Source: Patellaria atrata CBS 101060
Taxonomy: Eukaryota
Length of the DNA: 53,832 bases
Direction: 5' to 3'
Assembly: GCA_010093705.1 (NCBI GenBank)
Contig: MU006106.1
Location: 124,001-177,832 of the forward strand
Below the pieces are notes generated by a model. It was not told the DNA's origin. It saw nothing but the letters and a program-made list of their open reading frames with translations, and searched no databases. Positions 24,471 to 39,101 of this stretch are shown here, in pieces (position 1 is the stretch's first letter; each line of letters opens with the position of its first letter). Both the position numbers and the translations under genes were made by a program.

Positions 24471-25481
24471 TTCAGTTTCTGATTATCAATGCAATTGTAT
24501 TGTATAGATATAGAAATAAAAGATGACGCAATGCTAAACCAGCCGTGATAATGCGTCTTATACCCTTATCAAACGTGTGCTTCGAAGACTTGGTGAAGAG
24601 TGATATATGAACTAAAAAAAGTAGAATAATCATTTCTAGCACCTCATATGTAAATTTCTTCCCATATGAACCTGTCAATATATCATATCATGCTACGTAG
24701 GTGAGCGGCGGAATATTGAAACATGTCTTACCAAATAACAAGTTCAAGCAACTGGACCCTCGACATAGAGCATTCACGTTGACGTTCACATCCCCAACTT
24801 CATCAAAAGCACACATTCGGAACGGCAATAGCAAAAGTCAAAGCCCAATATCAATCTCTTACAATCATATATACTCCATCTCCAACTATCTACAACACCT
24901 TCCTCTCACCACCTACGAACCACCCCTCCGCACCGCATCCCTCCAGAATTCCAATAACGCACCCAGAAAGCAAAATCGGACCACTCGCACCGAGGCTAAA
25001 GGGTATCCAAAGCAGCAGCAGTAGAGCAACCAAACCCGAACCATGGAAGAAACTGGGCAAAAAAGACTTAACAGAAAGAGGATAAAAGGAAACAAATCGA
25101 CCGATAAGGCAAAGAGTCGAGCGTGATCAAGCTCCATGCCCTCGTCACCCCTTCCCTCCCGCCTACCCGCCTATCACCGCATCCTATCCAGACACAATGC
25201 CACTCCACGCCGAGCCACGATAGTTATGTTGCATGAAAAGAGGGAAAAGGAGATCTGGCCATGCAGTGTGGCTTGAGCGCAATACTAAAGACCAGAGTGC
25301 GAGGGAATGACCAGCAAAGAAAAGCAGAACTATACAAGTACACTCGCAAGAATTCAAAGATCAAAAAAGCCGGTGTGCCATGATATCCAGCATCCATCCA
25401 TAAACCTAAGCCGCCGTTTGCCAACAAAGACCAGACAATATATGAAATGACCTCCCCTGATTAGCCGACTTCTTACCGACC

Positions 25482-28400
25482 CTACGCTGCAGTAAGGCTC
25501 TCTGGACTCATCATCCCTACCGCCGACCCATCCTCCTTCTCCGGATCCCCCATGTTCTCCCCCGGGGGTGGCATCTTCAGCTGCAATTTGCCAATCGGCC
25601 TGATTTTCTCCGGTACCGACGTCGCATTTGCCATCTCTTCCGCCTTGCCTTCTTCCAACTTGCGTTTCTTCTTCGCAAGCTGCTGCTGTTCCCTGATCGG
25701 ACGTTTGCGGGGACTGGTGATCTTGCCTGTGGGCGGGAGACGGGGCTTTGGAAAACGCTGTTTGAGAGGAAGATCGTCGTCTTCGACGAGTTCCTCGTTG
25801 TTGTTAGATTCGAGCCTGGCGAGGAAGAAGTCTTGCACGAGACCAATTTGGGAGTTGATGTTGTTGATAGTGACCGGTTCGTAAGGGGCAGGTTGTTCCA
25901 TGATGATCCCGAGCGAGAGGTTGGAGCTGGGTATACGTGAGTAGATGCACTAAGATCCAGCAGCGGAATACGTACTTTGCGTTTTGCGACTGGTGCGCGG
26001 TGTACATTCTGTTCTGCAGCAGATGCAGCGGTACGGCAAGACTGGCGAGGCCGAACTCTTTGTCGAGCCCGAGCTCTTTAAACCCGAAAAAGTCTTCGCC
26101 GATCTCTTCGGCAAAATCGCCGCCGACAAATTGTTCGCTGCCGTCTTTGAAGGCACCAACGCCATCCGCACCGGCGGAACTATCCAAAGCAGGCCGCTTG
26201 ATAGTGTTAGCAATATCAACTCGAAAGTGTATTTTGTAAAACGAACCAAGAGCTCGGCAAGGTGCGATTTCATGCGCTCCTGCATCACGCCCAACTTCGT
26301 ACCAATCCTGTCCACATCATTTTTCACGTAGTCATCTAATGACTCTACATCGGTACCGTTCTCACTTAGACAATGAAGAACGGCTTCCTCATTGGTGAAA
26401 CGCGGTCTGAAGGATGGCCGTCCATCCGGAGCAGGAACTGGGTCTTTAACCTTTGGAGCTTCACGATACAATAAAAGTGTTTTAGCAAGGTTAGTGAAAT
26501 AATTACTTGCCAGGTCAGTGATAGAATCTAGCGCAGACGGTTGAAACTCTTCGAAGCCGGTGTGGTAGAAGATTTTTGCAACGCTTCGTTGAAGCGCTGC
26601 ACGAACTGTATGTTGTGACATGATTGGACCGTCATCCGTCATAACGATAGGTTCAGCGTCTTCTTCGATAAAAGGTTGAGGATCGTACTTCTGGAATTGA
26701 TTTTGGTACATCTGTAAGCGTAGCGATGAGTTACTGTCGACAAACCCTATTTATCTTTGGAGCAGCTGACTCACCTGAGACTGCAGTTGCATTTGTTTGA
26801 CCACTCCGATTTTCGCACATATCTTCCGTACATCCTGCATCTGCCGCATATTGGCCTCCATTTTCTGGGTGAAAGTACTTTGCGGTGACACAAAGATGCC
26901 CCTCGGTGCCATCCTCAAAAATTCCTCGGATTGATCTATGACTTGACCATTTCCGTCCTCAACCCACTGTAAGCGTTCGTTTATATCAGGGATCGCGGAC
27001 ACGGGATCATAGTAATCTGGAAGATACGTATCATCCTCAACTTCAATGCCTTCGGCAAGAGTCTCATTTCTAGAATTGGTTGTCCCGCCGTTGGAATCTT
27101 CAGTAGCGTTACTCTTGTCAGATGGCAGCTTTCCGAGTCCAATTTGCCTCTGTCGAGTCCAACGACGCATCCCAGCTCGGGTTCTCAAGATAGCCGGTTC
27201 CTCGGGGTTTAAGTGGTCGTTACGAAATAAGCGGTGACGTTCCGCCGCCATCAACGCACGATCCTTCTTAGTTACCTGTTTCCAGGTTTTGTACTCGATA
27301 TCATCCACATCGGGGTCTTCTGTCTGGCCTACGGCCAAGCCAGTTAAGGAACCTCCGTGGACATCAGCTTCCGAAGGGTCGGCTTGACTGCCATGAGCTC
27401 CATTAAAAAGCGCGTGCGGTCCCATTGGTGTGAGTGTTCCTGGGGGTGGTGTAGAAACACCATTTTGACTACCCTCCATCGGGGCGTCGGAATCTGCTCG
27501 GAGAAATTCGTGCTTAAGGTTAGAGACTGAATGTGCAGTATGTACCTTATTCTCAGTTACCGGAGAGCTATCTGTAGCAGTAGGTAGTGCTTTTCGCGTC
27601 GTAGAACCTCCTTTCTTAGCCATTTTCCCGGGAGCTTTGCGCCCGCGAGAAGCCATGATAGGTTCTTCTGCACTATGTCAGGCTGAGCTCTCACAGGGGA
27701 AAAGTGTACAAACCGTCATCGCTATCCTCAATACCGTCTGCATCATCCCCATTCTGTAGTCTTCTTTCCTCTGCTTCAACCTCCGCTCGGTCCCTGATCA
27801 CAATGTCTGGAATCAAGGGAACAATCTTCTCAGTTTCTTTCCTCATATAGAGTGCCTTTTTCCGTAATAAATGAGCTGGATCAGAGTTATATCTTAGACA
27901 ATTATCCCAGATAAGACTGAGATCCTCAACAAACTCCTTTTTCGATTTATATTGAACACCTTTCAGCTTCTTCAACATCGTGCCAATATCCATAGGTCGC
28001 TTAATAATATTATAGTAATCGGGTGCTTCTCTCTTGCTGACTTTATTCAGAAAGGGGGTTGCATGTTCACGTGCCTTGAGTTCCATAAGGACCTTCTCGC
28101 AAGCTTCGTATAACTCTTCCTGCCCGACCTTATCCTCACTAGCCCATTTGCTTCTGTTTTTCCTAGCTTCCCCCAACATCTGTCGTAGTTGTGCTTGAGT
28201 AGCTGGGATCCTGTCCCTATTCTTATCGATTGCCGCGATAAGGTTCTTCAACGTCAAGCTAGACGAACCTAAGTTTTCTGTGCTGAGCGTACCTTGGCGT
28301 GGCATGTTGTCCTGTCGAGCAGCATTCGGAGCGCCAGAATTCATTTCAGATTCCACTTGCCGGTCGAGTTCATCCAGTTTCTCTTGTTCCAACATAGCAT

Positions 28401-29079
28401 CACGGTCCGATTCCAAAGTGTGAAACATAGTATAAGAACGGCGCTGCACAGTCTCTTCCAAAGCCTTTTTCTCCTCCTCAAGGTTCTTCCGTATCTCTTC
28501 TGCGTTCTTGACATGATCCGAAGAAGATGATGCTTTGCGCTCGATGCCAGGTTTCAGAATTTGAGGCGAAGGGACCTGCAGGTTCAACGGGATACTGATG
28601 GAATTGATTCGCGACGGGGGTGCGCTTTTACAGAGCAAGGGAGACGCGTTGCTTGCTTCATCCTCATCGTTGTCTTCATCATCATCGCCATAGTCATCTT
28701 CGTCAATCGTTCGAGCGGGTTTCTTGGGCGCAGATGCGGGTGGAGCGGTTTCCGGGGGTCGCGCATCATCTCCAACCAGTCCATCAGCAGCGGTCGCGTC
28801 TTCAAGCGCTAGAGGTTTATTCAACCCATTGAGGACGGCATCAAGTCTTGACTCGGTGCGGTTATAGCGTTCCCTGAATACAGCGTGCCTCGGATCCTCC
28901 TCAGCCATTGTATCTCCGCCCTCCCCGTTGTTGGTCGCAAGCGCAGCGGACATGGCGCCATCGTCGCTCAAATTAGGAGTCCGAAGTCTGGTCGCGGAGG
29001 CATGACTGACTGATAAACGCCATGCGCCGTATGTGGATGGACGTGAGGATTGATGGTGTTGTAGATTATTGGCAGTCAT
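25482..29079 (-). CDS. SPT7: SAGA complex subunit Spt7 (bromodomain plus histone-fold/bromo-associated domain), 5 exons; start uncertain (29079, or a downstream in-frame ATG such as MSAAL or MAEED)
   Basis: [26 protein letters not shown], bromodomain [23 protein letters not shown]...[58 protein letters not shown]. Confidence 0.93.
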
Positions 29080-29538
29080 GACAGTATAAACCGCCTGTTC
29101 TTGGCACGAGTTCTCCTGCGGAGCGCAGTCCACAGCGAGAAACGTCCAGAGCCTCGTGCAACGGTCGCGGCGGGATGAAAGTACCGCTCATCGAAACCTG
29201 AAGCGTCGTATAGTCGGAGTAGCCAGTTTTTATGATGATATTCGATGGGGTTGGGTGCCGGCTGATGGAAAGTCGTCGCCGTTGTGAGGAATGAGGTCGT
29301 CAAGTTTAAGTTCGGATCAGTAGAGGTTTGCGGCTTAGGGTACAGTATGAGGCGGGGGGGGTATAGCCCATTGAGGGCGCTCTCTCAACACCAACTTCCG
29401 CCCTACGTCTTGCTACAAACAATCTATGCTTTTCAACCACTAAATAACCGTTTACAATCCGAAACACAGTCCTGTTATACCGATAAACTCTCTGTCTCAC
29501 GGAATCATGTCTATCTAAATTGCTGTATCGGCCTAAAA

Positions 29539-30404
29539 ATGCGCATCAGGACGCCTTTTGCAGGTGAGTGCTTACATTATCCCCAAGCATGTACTCTCCT
29601 TTTAGCGCAAATCTCTATATATCAACTCCACCTCTGGCCTTAGCGTAGGCTTGAAGTTACATATGAGTCGATCTTGAGACCTTGAAATCAGCTCGCATCT
29701 GGTAATAACGTTAAAGCGACTAATGAATCTTTGTAGCTGGTTTTGTTGTTCTGCTCTTCCTATCCGGGTTTGCAGGCCTTGCTCCTAGCAAACTTCCACT
29801 ACCTGGACACAGCGACAAAGGTTTACATTTTGTTACCTTTCTTATCCTCACGGTAAAATCTCAGAACTATTTCCAATAGGGGATACATAATTGTTCTGAC
29901 CGTCTGATCAGCTATGCTTCTACTGGATAATCGATACCAGCCGACGTAGAGTAATACAGTTCACTCTATTTGCTTGCACGTTCGTGCTGAGTATCGGATC
30001 TGAGATCGCCCAGGGTCTACTCCCGGTTAGACTTTTCTAGTCGCCTCCTATCCACCGTCTTAGCTAAAGCGAAGTAGAATGGCCGTGACTTCGACCCCTA
30101 CGATATAGTCGCCAATGTTCTTGGCTCTTTAATCGCCGTTGGTGCTTGCAATTGGTATCACAAGCGCATGCTAGAGAGGAAACGAAAGGCTAGAGGCTAC
30201 CACAATGTTGCCACCGATGACCTAGACGTGGAGCTTGGTGAGGGAGTGGGAGGTCAGGAGAGCGGTGTCATCCCGGAACCAACTCGTACGGTAGATGAGG
30301 AGCTCGATAATTGGGATGAAAACGCCGAGGATTGGGATGAGAGAGAAGCTGATAGCAACGGGGACTCCATCCAGAGAAAGGGAACGGATGGCGTTGCAAT
30401 GTGA
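29539..30404 (+). CDS. VanZ-family membrane protein, 4 exons
   Basis: Spliced MRIRTPFA|AGFVVLLFLSGFAGL...SDKGLHFVTFLILT|LCFYWIIDTSRRR...IGSEIAQGLLP|NGRDFDPYDIVANVLG...WYHKRMLERKR. DK..HF, SE..Q and R.FD..D..AN are VanZ motifs. Confidence 0.88.
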
Positions 30405-30765
30405 TATGGTAAAATATCGATTCAGGAGAGCTGAGCTAATTTATAGCTTTGCAAACATTATTATTGATGAATGTAAAAGTACAGTCTAGAATCACGGCTA
30501 TATCCTAACATCTTCGGTTGCTGCTGCTTAGTGTATCTGTAAAGAGGTGGTAGCTGCGATATATCGAGAGGCTTTCCGTGCACGTTTGAACAATTCTCAT
30601 CTCAGTATTTCTACAAGAGACCTTTGTTTGATATTGATTAGACATCCCCAGAACCCTAGGTATTTGCCCCGCATTTTATCATGATTATGCCATGCCTTAC
30701 TGCCAATAAACCGAGATCCGCGAAATCGAGTTTACTCCGTCCACCCACACCTTCCTAATGTCTCA

Positions 30766-31352
30766 TCATGCTGCTCCAGCAGTCTTCGCAGCCTGTTGTG
30801 GGTTGACCTTCTTTCCGTCCTTGTTATACCTGATCCTTGGTGGCGGAGCACGGTTGCGGCGACCTTCACGGGAGCGGACACTAATAGTAAAATCAGATAC
30901 CTGGTCTCCAAGATTCCTCCACGATTTTTCCGGTTGATTGTCCACATACCGTACGATCTTTCCGTGAATGGCGCAGGACACACAGTATTGCAATTTTAGG
31001 TACATTTTCGGGACTGTGTATTCGGGGTAAACAGAGGCATCCGAAATATCACCTTTTCCAATGAGATGTTAACAATTGTTCAAGACAATATGTATTGCTC
31101 TTCCTGAACTGAATTTCGGGATATCATGATTCAGGGTGACGTACGAATTGCGGCGGATTCGACCATGTTGCGGATCGTGAATCTCTTGATTGCTTTGTCC
31201 TTTGGCGTGCATCGCGAGCAGTTGGAGCAACGGATTGGCTTGACGTGGCCACGACCCTTCTTGTTACGGCCGCTGGCGATATCCCATTAGCTATTGGAGT
31301 TGAGCGGGCTTCGACGGACAATTACGTACTTTGACGCCCTCTTCTTGACCAT
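30766..31352 (-). CDS. RPS26: 40S ribosomal protein S26 (eS26), 4 exons
   Basis: [58 protein letters not shown]...[35 protein letters not shown]. Confidence 0.97.
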
Positions 31353-31871
31353 GATGGGTGATTTCTAAGTACTCAGTTAGAATGTGGGAGAATGTTTATA
31401 AAATTGGCTAGAAGTCGCACTTTGATACTCCGAGACTAATTGAGGAAATATGTCTGAGAATAGACAACGCTTCAGGAATACACTCGTGGCTACCAGTATC
31501 GAAATGGAGATGTGCGGGAGGTGGATGCTAGCGAAAGCCGCAATTTTACCGGTCGAAACGCCAAGACCTTATCACCTCGATCAGCTGCCCGAGCTCAGGT
31601 CGGCTCCTGTCATGTGTGAATACTTTTGAACTCTGCTTTTGCAATCGAAATCCTTTGACAAAGCCCAACGTGCATCTAGAAGCTCACTCTCTGTCCTTTT
31701 TAAGATAACAACACATACTCTGGTTGTGGGCTTTAGCGCGGCAATCTCCCGGTGTTTGGCCGTTCAAACTGACCTAGCAACCGACAATCAGATCTGTTTC
31801 TGCAGGCGAGCGTTTTCATCAACTCCCAATCCCCCATCCTGTTCCCCAAGGACAAGCCGAATTAATTCGCC

Positions 31872-34028
31872 ATGTCGCATACTGGGACCTACAGAGGAAC
31901 GCCCAAATCCAGGGGGCAGGTTTCTTTCACAAACAGCCCATCGGGTATACCACGACCTGCACTCGATAGCCATCAAAGTCAAGCGGCAAGCGATGCCGGC
32001 ACCTCTACTCTCAGTGCTAGCCGGCAGAAACAGTCAAAACGAGATGAGGTCAGTTTATTATAGCGAGAATCGCCTAGGATCCCTCTTCATTTACTAACAT
32101 TTCATCAGGCCATTCGACGGAAGATCGAAACTGATCTTAACAAAAAAAGCCGTCAGAATGCACGAATTCGGCCAACCCGTAAAGCCCCTCCTGGTACTGT
32201 GCTCGCCCTCAAACCAAGTCCTGCGTTGCAAATCAAGCCGAACACCACTGTTGCGGAGGCCGCTCAGTTGATGGCTGCGAAACGTGAAGATTGCGTCCTT
32301 GTTACAGATGACGATGAGCGAATTGCGGGCATCTTCACAGCTAAAGACCTCGCATTCCGAGTTGTAGGTGCAGGCATTAAAGCAAGAGATGTAACCATAG
32401 CAGAGATCATGACTAAGAACCCCCTTTGCGCGAAAACCGATACAAGCGCTACTGACGCTTTAGACTTGATGGTCAGGAAGGGATTTCGCCATCTTCCAGT
32501 CATGGATGAAAACCATGATATTTCCGGGATTCTGGATATCACTAAGTGTTTCTATGATGCCATGGAGAAGTTGGAACGTGCTTACAGCTCGTCACGTAAA
32601 TTGTACGATGCTCTTGAAGGTGTCCAGGCTGAGCTAGGCTCCAATCAGCCCCAGCAGATCATTCAATACGTGGAAGCTATTAGACATAAAATGTCAGGTC
32701 CCACATTGGAATCTGTTCTCAACGGTCAACCGCCTACGACTGTTTCCGTCCGAACTTCTGTCAAAGAAGCTGCAGCTTTGATGAAGGAAAACCACACAAC
32801 TGCTGTCCTTGTACAAGATCAAGGCTCAATAACTGGCATTTTCACCAGTAAAGACGTCGTTCTAAGAGTTATTGCTGCTGGTTTGGATCCATCAACGTGT
32901 AGCGTTGTACGAGTCATGACGCCTCATCCAGACTTTGCTCCAATGGATATGAGCATACAAGCTGCACTCCGCAAGATGCATGGTAAAAGATTAGTGAGGC
33001 AACTATGCTGAATATGTGCTAACTGCTTATAGATGGACATTATCTCAATTTACCCGTCATGAGTGAAGCTGGGGAGATTGTAGGCATGGTCGATGTGCTC
33101 AAGCTGACATATGCTACTCTAGATCAAGTACGTAAAATACAATATGTGTTAAGGGGTTCCTTTGCTAATATCGATCTAGATAAATTCAATGTCCACAAGC
33201 GAAAGTGAAGGACCGGCATGGAACAAATTCTGGCTTTCTATCGGCGATAACGAGACCGAATCTATGATGTCTGGCGAAGGGGGTAGTCGTGTACCCCATA
33301 CTCCTGATGCTCGTTCCCTAATGTCTCCCGAGCTCGCTCGTCCTGGCATGGACCGAGGAGATAGCGTATTACCAAATGAGTCTGCCTCCCATCACGGAGA
33401 GTCCCCGTCTCATTCTGCAGTCGCAGGTGCAGCAGTGGTACCAGTTGAAGACGCTGCCTTTGCGTTCAAATTCAAAGCTCCAAGTGGTCGAGTACATCGG
33501 CTTCAGGTCATTGCATCCGAAGGCCTAGGGGAATTGATCACCAATGTAGCACAGAAACTTGGGGGGGAGGCGGATTCCATCGGTGGGGTGCCTTCCTTTG
33601 ATGATGGTAAACTCAGTGACTCCGGATTCGCATTGAGTTACCTGGATAATGAGGGAGACACTGTTTCAATTACCACCGACCGGGATCTTTTGGATGCTGT
33701 GACGCTGGCCCGGCAAACACTTCGAGACAAAGTTGATCTCTTTGTTCACGATCCCAATCAAGCACCCCTTCCTGCAACTGTTGATCCTCAACCTGCCTTG
33801 GCTCCTGCGCCGCCTCTCCCAGAGACCGTTATCAGGGAGCGTCGGAGATATGAGGATAGCGAAGATGAAGCAATTGAACGTCCTAGGAGAAAGCAGACGT
33901 CAATATTGAAACAGGATGAGCAGTTGATTTCTGGTGTACCCAATGAGCTTCTCCTTCCTGGTGCTATTGTTACTTTGGCCGTTGTTATCATTGGAGTTTT
34001 TGCCATTGGCCGCGCCTCGAGCCGTTGA
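31872..34028 (+). CDS. CBS- and PB1-domain protein with C-terminal TM helix (S. pombe Mug70-like), multi-exon
   Basis: Two CBS pairs (IAGIFTAKDLAFRVV, GFRHLPVMD, GIFTSKDVVLRVIA, GHYLNLPV), a PB1 domain (FKFKAPSGRVHR...LSYLDNEGDTVSITTDRDL) and a hydrophobic tail. Confidence 0.9.
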
Positions 34029-35184
34029 AGGGATCGTGATGCGCAAGCTCTGAATTGATGAAGCGTTAATCTGAAGTGATGTCTCTAATTTAAGATTGTA
34101 TTGTCTGATCGCAGTAGTTGTTAGTAGAGCGACGTACCTTTCCCCTTAATTTCGTCTTCCGACGACATTATCTAGGATATTTAACACTAATTATCATACT
34201 TCTCAGTGGCTAGGAACTGTGTACTGTTAACCATCTGTTCGATGGCTCACTGTCTTTAACATGATATCCCTTAGAATGATAATTTAAAATTATATACGCC
34301 GTTGTCCTATACATGTAGCCAAGGAAAGTTATACTGTTGATGACATGGGAGTCCGTTATACTGGAAAGTCAGATTTTCTCTTCCCTTGCCAGGTTTTGCA
34401 CTCGTCGGATTGCTGTACGGCTTCATCTGACCCTGCTCGGTGGACACTTGCATTAAAATTTCGACAGTTGTTTGGTGTTATTCATGGTGTTGACACTGCA
34501 AAGCTGACATTAGATTGTAGTGTACAGTCTGATCCAGTCACGTGCCAGTGCATACAGCGGAAGTGTAATGCCATTTTAAGATCAAGCGTAGAGTAACTAT
34601 TAGGAGGGCCACCTTAGCACTGTGCGTAAAGTAGTAGGTAGACTGGGTAGTAATAGAATATGATAGTTTGTTCGACCTCTTCTCATTTAAAACCACTGCT
34701 GATAGACAGACGACGAAAGGAGCTTTAGGATAACATCAGAAATGTCAAAAACAAAGTCATACTCGCTGAGAGATTTAGCTTCAGGCTTCAAAAGGTGAAA
34801 TATCGACTGTTTTGTGGACATATCAATGTTCTGGGAGATCTCCGGGACGAATTCCTCAGTATGTTGCCGCTTCAGAGTCGAGACTTGCCTGAGATAGAAA
34901 AATATCCCACCTCACGTCCCTTTCACGTCCCCTCCACTACTGTACACACAAACACAAAATCCTCCCAGGTCGCGTAGCTGCATATTTCCCGAAATCCACT
35001 ACTTTTTCTCAGTGGTCCCAAAATCGACACGCAGCCTTTGATTTTACGGACTTCTTCGTAGGGTTCCTCTATATCTCTTTTATCCCTTGCAGCAACCGAG
35101 ATTCCTGAGCTAGAACTACGAGACCAACTTCTATTCTTTCCTCTCAACTTATTTCTCTTTCTGTGATACCCTTCTTTATTCACC

Positions 35185-38100
35185 ATGTCGATGCTACCAG
35201 CCGAGGTGCATGCTGCTCTCGATCAATTACTGCAGGGTCTGCAATCTTCAGATAATACCATTCGGTCTGCGGCAGAGGAGAGTCTCAATACAGAATGGGT
35301 CGCCAACAGGCCGGAAGTACTTCTGATGGGTTTAGTGGAGCAGATACAAGCTGCGCAAGATCCAAGCGTATATATCACTCTTCATGATTGGTACCCTTTC
35401 GTCACTCTAATTCACATTCTCATTCTAGATACGATCCTACGCTGCAGTGTTGTTCAGACGCATATCGACGAGAACTCGTAAAGAGCCAAATTCGGACACT
35501 TCGAAGGAGCAGTTTTTATGCCTTCCACAAATCCAGAGGAACGCTATTAGGGAAAAGCTATTACCTTGTCTTGCGGGGGAGAACATCCCGAATGTCAGAA
35601 ATAAAATTGGCGATGCAGTAGCGGAGATTGCTAGACAATATACAGAAGAGGGTATGTTTGAATTCTAGCTGGTCGTAAAAGTCAAATGTTAAGAGACACA
35701 TTGTAGGAGAACAATGGAACGAACTACTTCAGGCGTTATTTAACGCAAGCCAGTCCCCGGAACCAGGCCAGCGCGAGACGGCTTTCCGTATATTCACTGC
35801 AACACCTGGCATAATTGAGAGGCAACACGAAGATACAGTCAAGAGCGCTTTTTCGAACGGGTTCAAGGATAGCAACACAGCCGTATGTTTGCTAAGACCT
35901 GGTGCATCGGTGCGATTGCTAATATTCCTTTAGGTCCAACTGGCAGCTATGGAAGCCTTCGCTGAGTTCTTTAGATCTTTGCAGAAGAAGTCACAGAAGA
36001 AATACTATGAGTTGATACGCGACATCCTCAATATACTACCACCAATCAAGGACTCCGGGGAAAATGAGATGCTAACGAAAGCGCTAATGGCTTTGATCAA
36101 TCTCGCTGAAATCGCTCCTACGATGTTTAGACCGCTATTTAGCAGCTTAGTAGCATTTAGTGTAGGAGTTATCCAAGATAAAGAACTGGATGATTTACCC
36201 CGACAGAACGCACTAGAGCTTATGGCGACCTTCGCTGATTCTAGCCCTGCTATGTGTAAGAAGGATCCAAACTACACTAAGGATATGGTGACCCAATGTC
36301 TATCGCTCATGACTGATGTGGGTCGCGATGACGAAGAAGCGGAAGAGTGGAATGCTTCAGAAGATGTAAGTTTTAGTACCCCTTCCCTATATACTCTCTG
36401 ACAGTCCCCATAGCTTGACATCGACGAGAGCGACATGAACCATGTTGCGGGTGAGCAATGTATGGATCGTCTCGCTAACAAGCTCGGCGGTTCAGCAATC
36501 CTGCCCCCGACCTTTACCTGGCTGCCCCGTATGATAAATTCTTCATCATGGCGAGACAGACATGCAGCACTAATGGCTATTTCTGCCATCTCCGAGGGAT
36601 GTCGGGATCTGATGATTGGAGAGTTAGACAAAGTTCTTGAACTCGTCATTCCTGTTCTTACCGATCAGCATCCGAGAGTGCGATGGGCTGGTTGCAACGC
36701 TCTTGGTCAAATGAGCACTGACTTTGCCGGGACGATGCAGGAGAGGTATCATCAGATTGTTATACCTAGCATTATTCCGGTACTGGAGTCTCCAGAACCT
36801 CGAGTGCAAGCGCATGCTGCGGCTGCTCTCGTTAACTTCTGTGAGGAAGCTGAGAAGCAAATCCTGGAACCTTATCTCGATCAATTACTTTCGCACCTCA
36901 TGAAATTGCTTTCAAGCCCGAGACGTTTCGTACAAGAACAAGCTTTGTCGACTATTGCCACAGTTGCTGATTCCGCGGAAGCAGCGTTCTCACGGTACTA
37001 CGATGCACTGATGCCAATGCTATTCAACGTTTTAAGCGGGGAGCAATCGAAAGAGTATAGGCTATTGAGAGCGAAAGCTATGGAGTGTGCTACTTTGATA
37101 GCATTAGCTGTAGGACAAGAACGCATGGGTGCAGATGCCGTTAACCTTGTACAACTGCTGGGGAACATACAGCAGGGCATCACAGACGAGGACGATCCCC
37201 AAGCGTCATACCTACTACACTGTTGGGGTCGCATGTGTCGTGTAATGGGGCAAAATTTTGTCCCTTATCTCGCTGCTGTTATCCCACCCTTGACACAACT
37301 CGCTTCAGCAAAGGCTGATATTCAGCTACTGGACGATGACGATCAAGTTGCACAGATAGAACAGGAAGAAGGATGGGAGCTTGTACCACTTAAGGGCAAA
37401 GTGATTGGCATCAGAACTAGTATTCTGGACGACAAACATATGGCTATTGAGCTCATTGTCATCTATGCGCAGGTTTTGGAAGCAGCGTTCGAGCCTTATG
37501 TCGCCGAGATTCTAGAGAAGATCGCATTACCGGGTCTCGCATTCTTTTTCCACGACCCAGTCCGCGTCGCTTCCGCAAAGTGTGTACCTCAGCTCTTGAA
37601 CGCATATAAGAAGGCACATGGAGGTGAATCAGACCAATTACACCAGGTTTGGGAACGTACGATCGAACGGGTTCTCGAAGTCCTTAGCACGGAACCAGCG
37701 ATCGACACACTGGCGGAGATGTACCAATGTTTTTACGAGTGTCTAGAGGTAATTGGAAAGAATTCTATGAGACCGGAGCACATGAACACATTCATTGAAT
37801 CAGCCGGCAGCGTCCTTAGGGACTATCAGGAGCGCGTCCAGGCCAGACTTGAGGATGCTGCAGATAAAGAAGATGGTGAAGAGGAGTCGGAGGAGACGCT
37901 TCTGGCTATTGAGGACGACCAAACGTTGCTCTCGGACATGAACAAGGCGTATCACACCATCTTCAAGAACTGTGGTGCTGCGTTCCTTGATTACTGGGAA
38001 CGTCTCCTTCCATTTTACAACGCTGCTGCCGTAAATCAGGACCCGACACAGAGGCAGTGGGCCATCTGTATCTTCGATGATGTTCTCGAGTTCTGCGGTG

Positions 38101-38745
38101 AACAATCCTGGAAGTATAGTCAACACATTATCCAGCCACTTATCGATGGCATGCGTGATGACGTTCCAGCCAACCGACAAGCGGCAGTGTACGGGGTAGG
38201 TGTTGCGGCGCATAAGGGCGGCGAAGCATGGAGTGAATTCGTCGCCGCAAGCCTACCGATGCTATTTCAGGTGACGCAACGACAGAACGCTCGAGAAGAC
38301 GACGATGTCTTTGCAACTGAAAACGCGTGTGCTAGCATAGCTAAGATCCTGCATTACAACCGAAGCAAAGTGGGAGATCTGCAAGCAGTCGTGCAAGCGT
38401 GGATAGAGACTCTACCTGTCGTCAACGACGAGGAGGCGGCGCCGTACGCATATGCTTTCCTAGCACAACTCATGGAGCAGTAAGTCCACGCCTTCCTAAT
38501 CCATCAATCAGATAAACTTTACTAACTATATTACCAGACGGAATCCAGCAGTCGTAGCAAACGCAGCCCGTTGCTTCAATTACGTCGCTCTGGCCCTGGA
38601 GGCCGAGACGTTACAGGGCAATACGGCAAAGCAGATTGTAGGCGCCACCAAGACGTTTGTGCAGACAGCTGGGCTTAACGCGGCGGAGCTATTGGGGTCG
38701 CTGTCGCCTCAGACGCAAGAAATCGTGCGGAAGCACTTTGGATGA
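35185..38745 (+). CDS. PSE1: Importin beta-3 / karyopherin Kap121 (importin-5), multi-exon
   Basis: HEAT-repeat protein with LQSSDNTIRSAAEESL, DRLANKLGG, WRDRHAALMAISAISEGC, HPRVRWAGCNALGQMSTDF, EPRVQAHAAAALVNFCEE, LLRAKAMECATLIALAVG; ends ...RKHFG*. Confidence 0.95.
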
Positions 38746-39101
38746 GCTTGCAGATTTTTATCATCTTATGAAATCACGAGGGACTAATCTTAAATGCGGG
38801 ATGCTTAAGTGATGATGATGGGCATGAGCGGATGGCGTCAGATTATTTCTTTCCTTTGCCCCTGCTGGGGAGGGTGCATGTGGCTGATTTGAAAGTGTAG
38901 GGATATGTAGGCTCAGGAACATGTGCAGCTCATTGGGCATTTTGGTGGATTTCTTGTTTGCTTCGACTGGAGGGTTTTGTTATAGAGCAAAGCGTAGTTC
39001 GACTATGGATAATTATCTTCGAGAAATTAAATCAAAATCTCTGACCCTGGACTTGTAATCCCACAATCTATTGTTTGTTTGGTTACCTCCCGCACATAGA
39101 T

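Noticed and set aside
29605..29644. Possible poison cassette exon in the long VanZ intron 1
   Set aside because: No convincing upstream branch point, and no snoRNA boxes were found in the intron.
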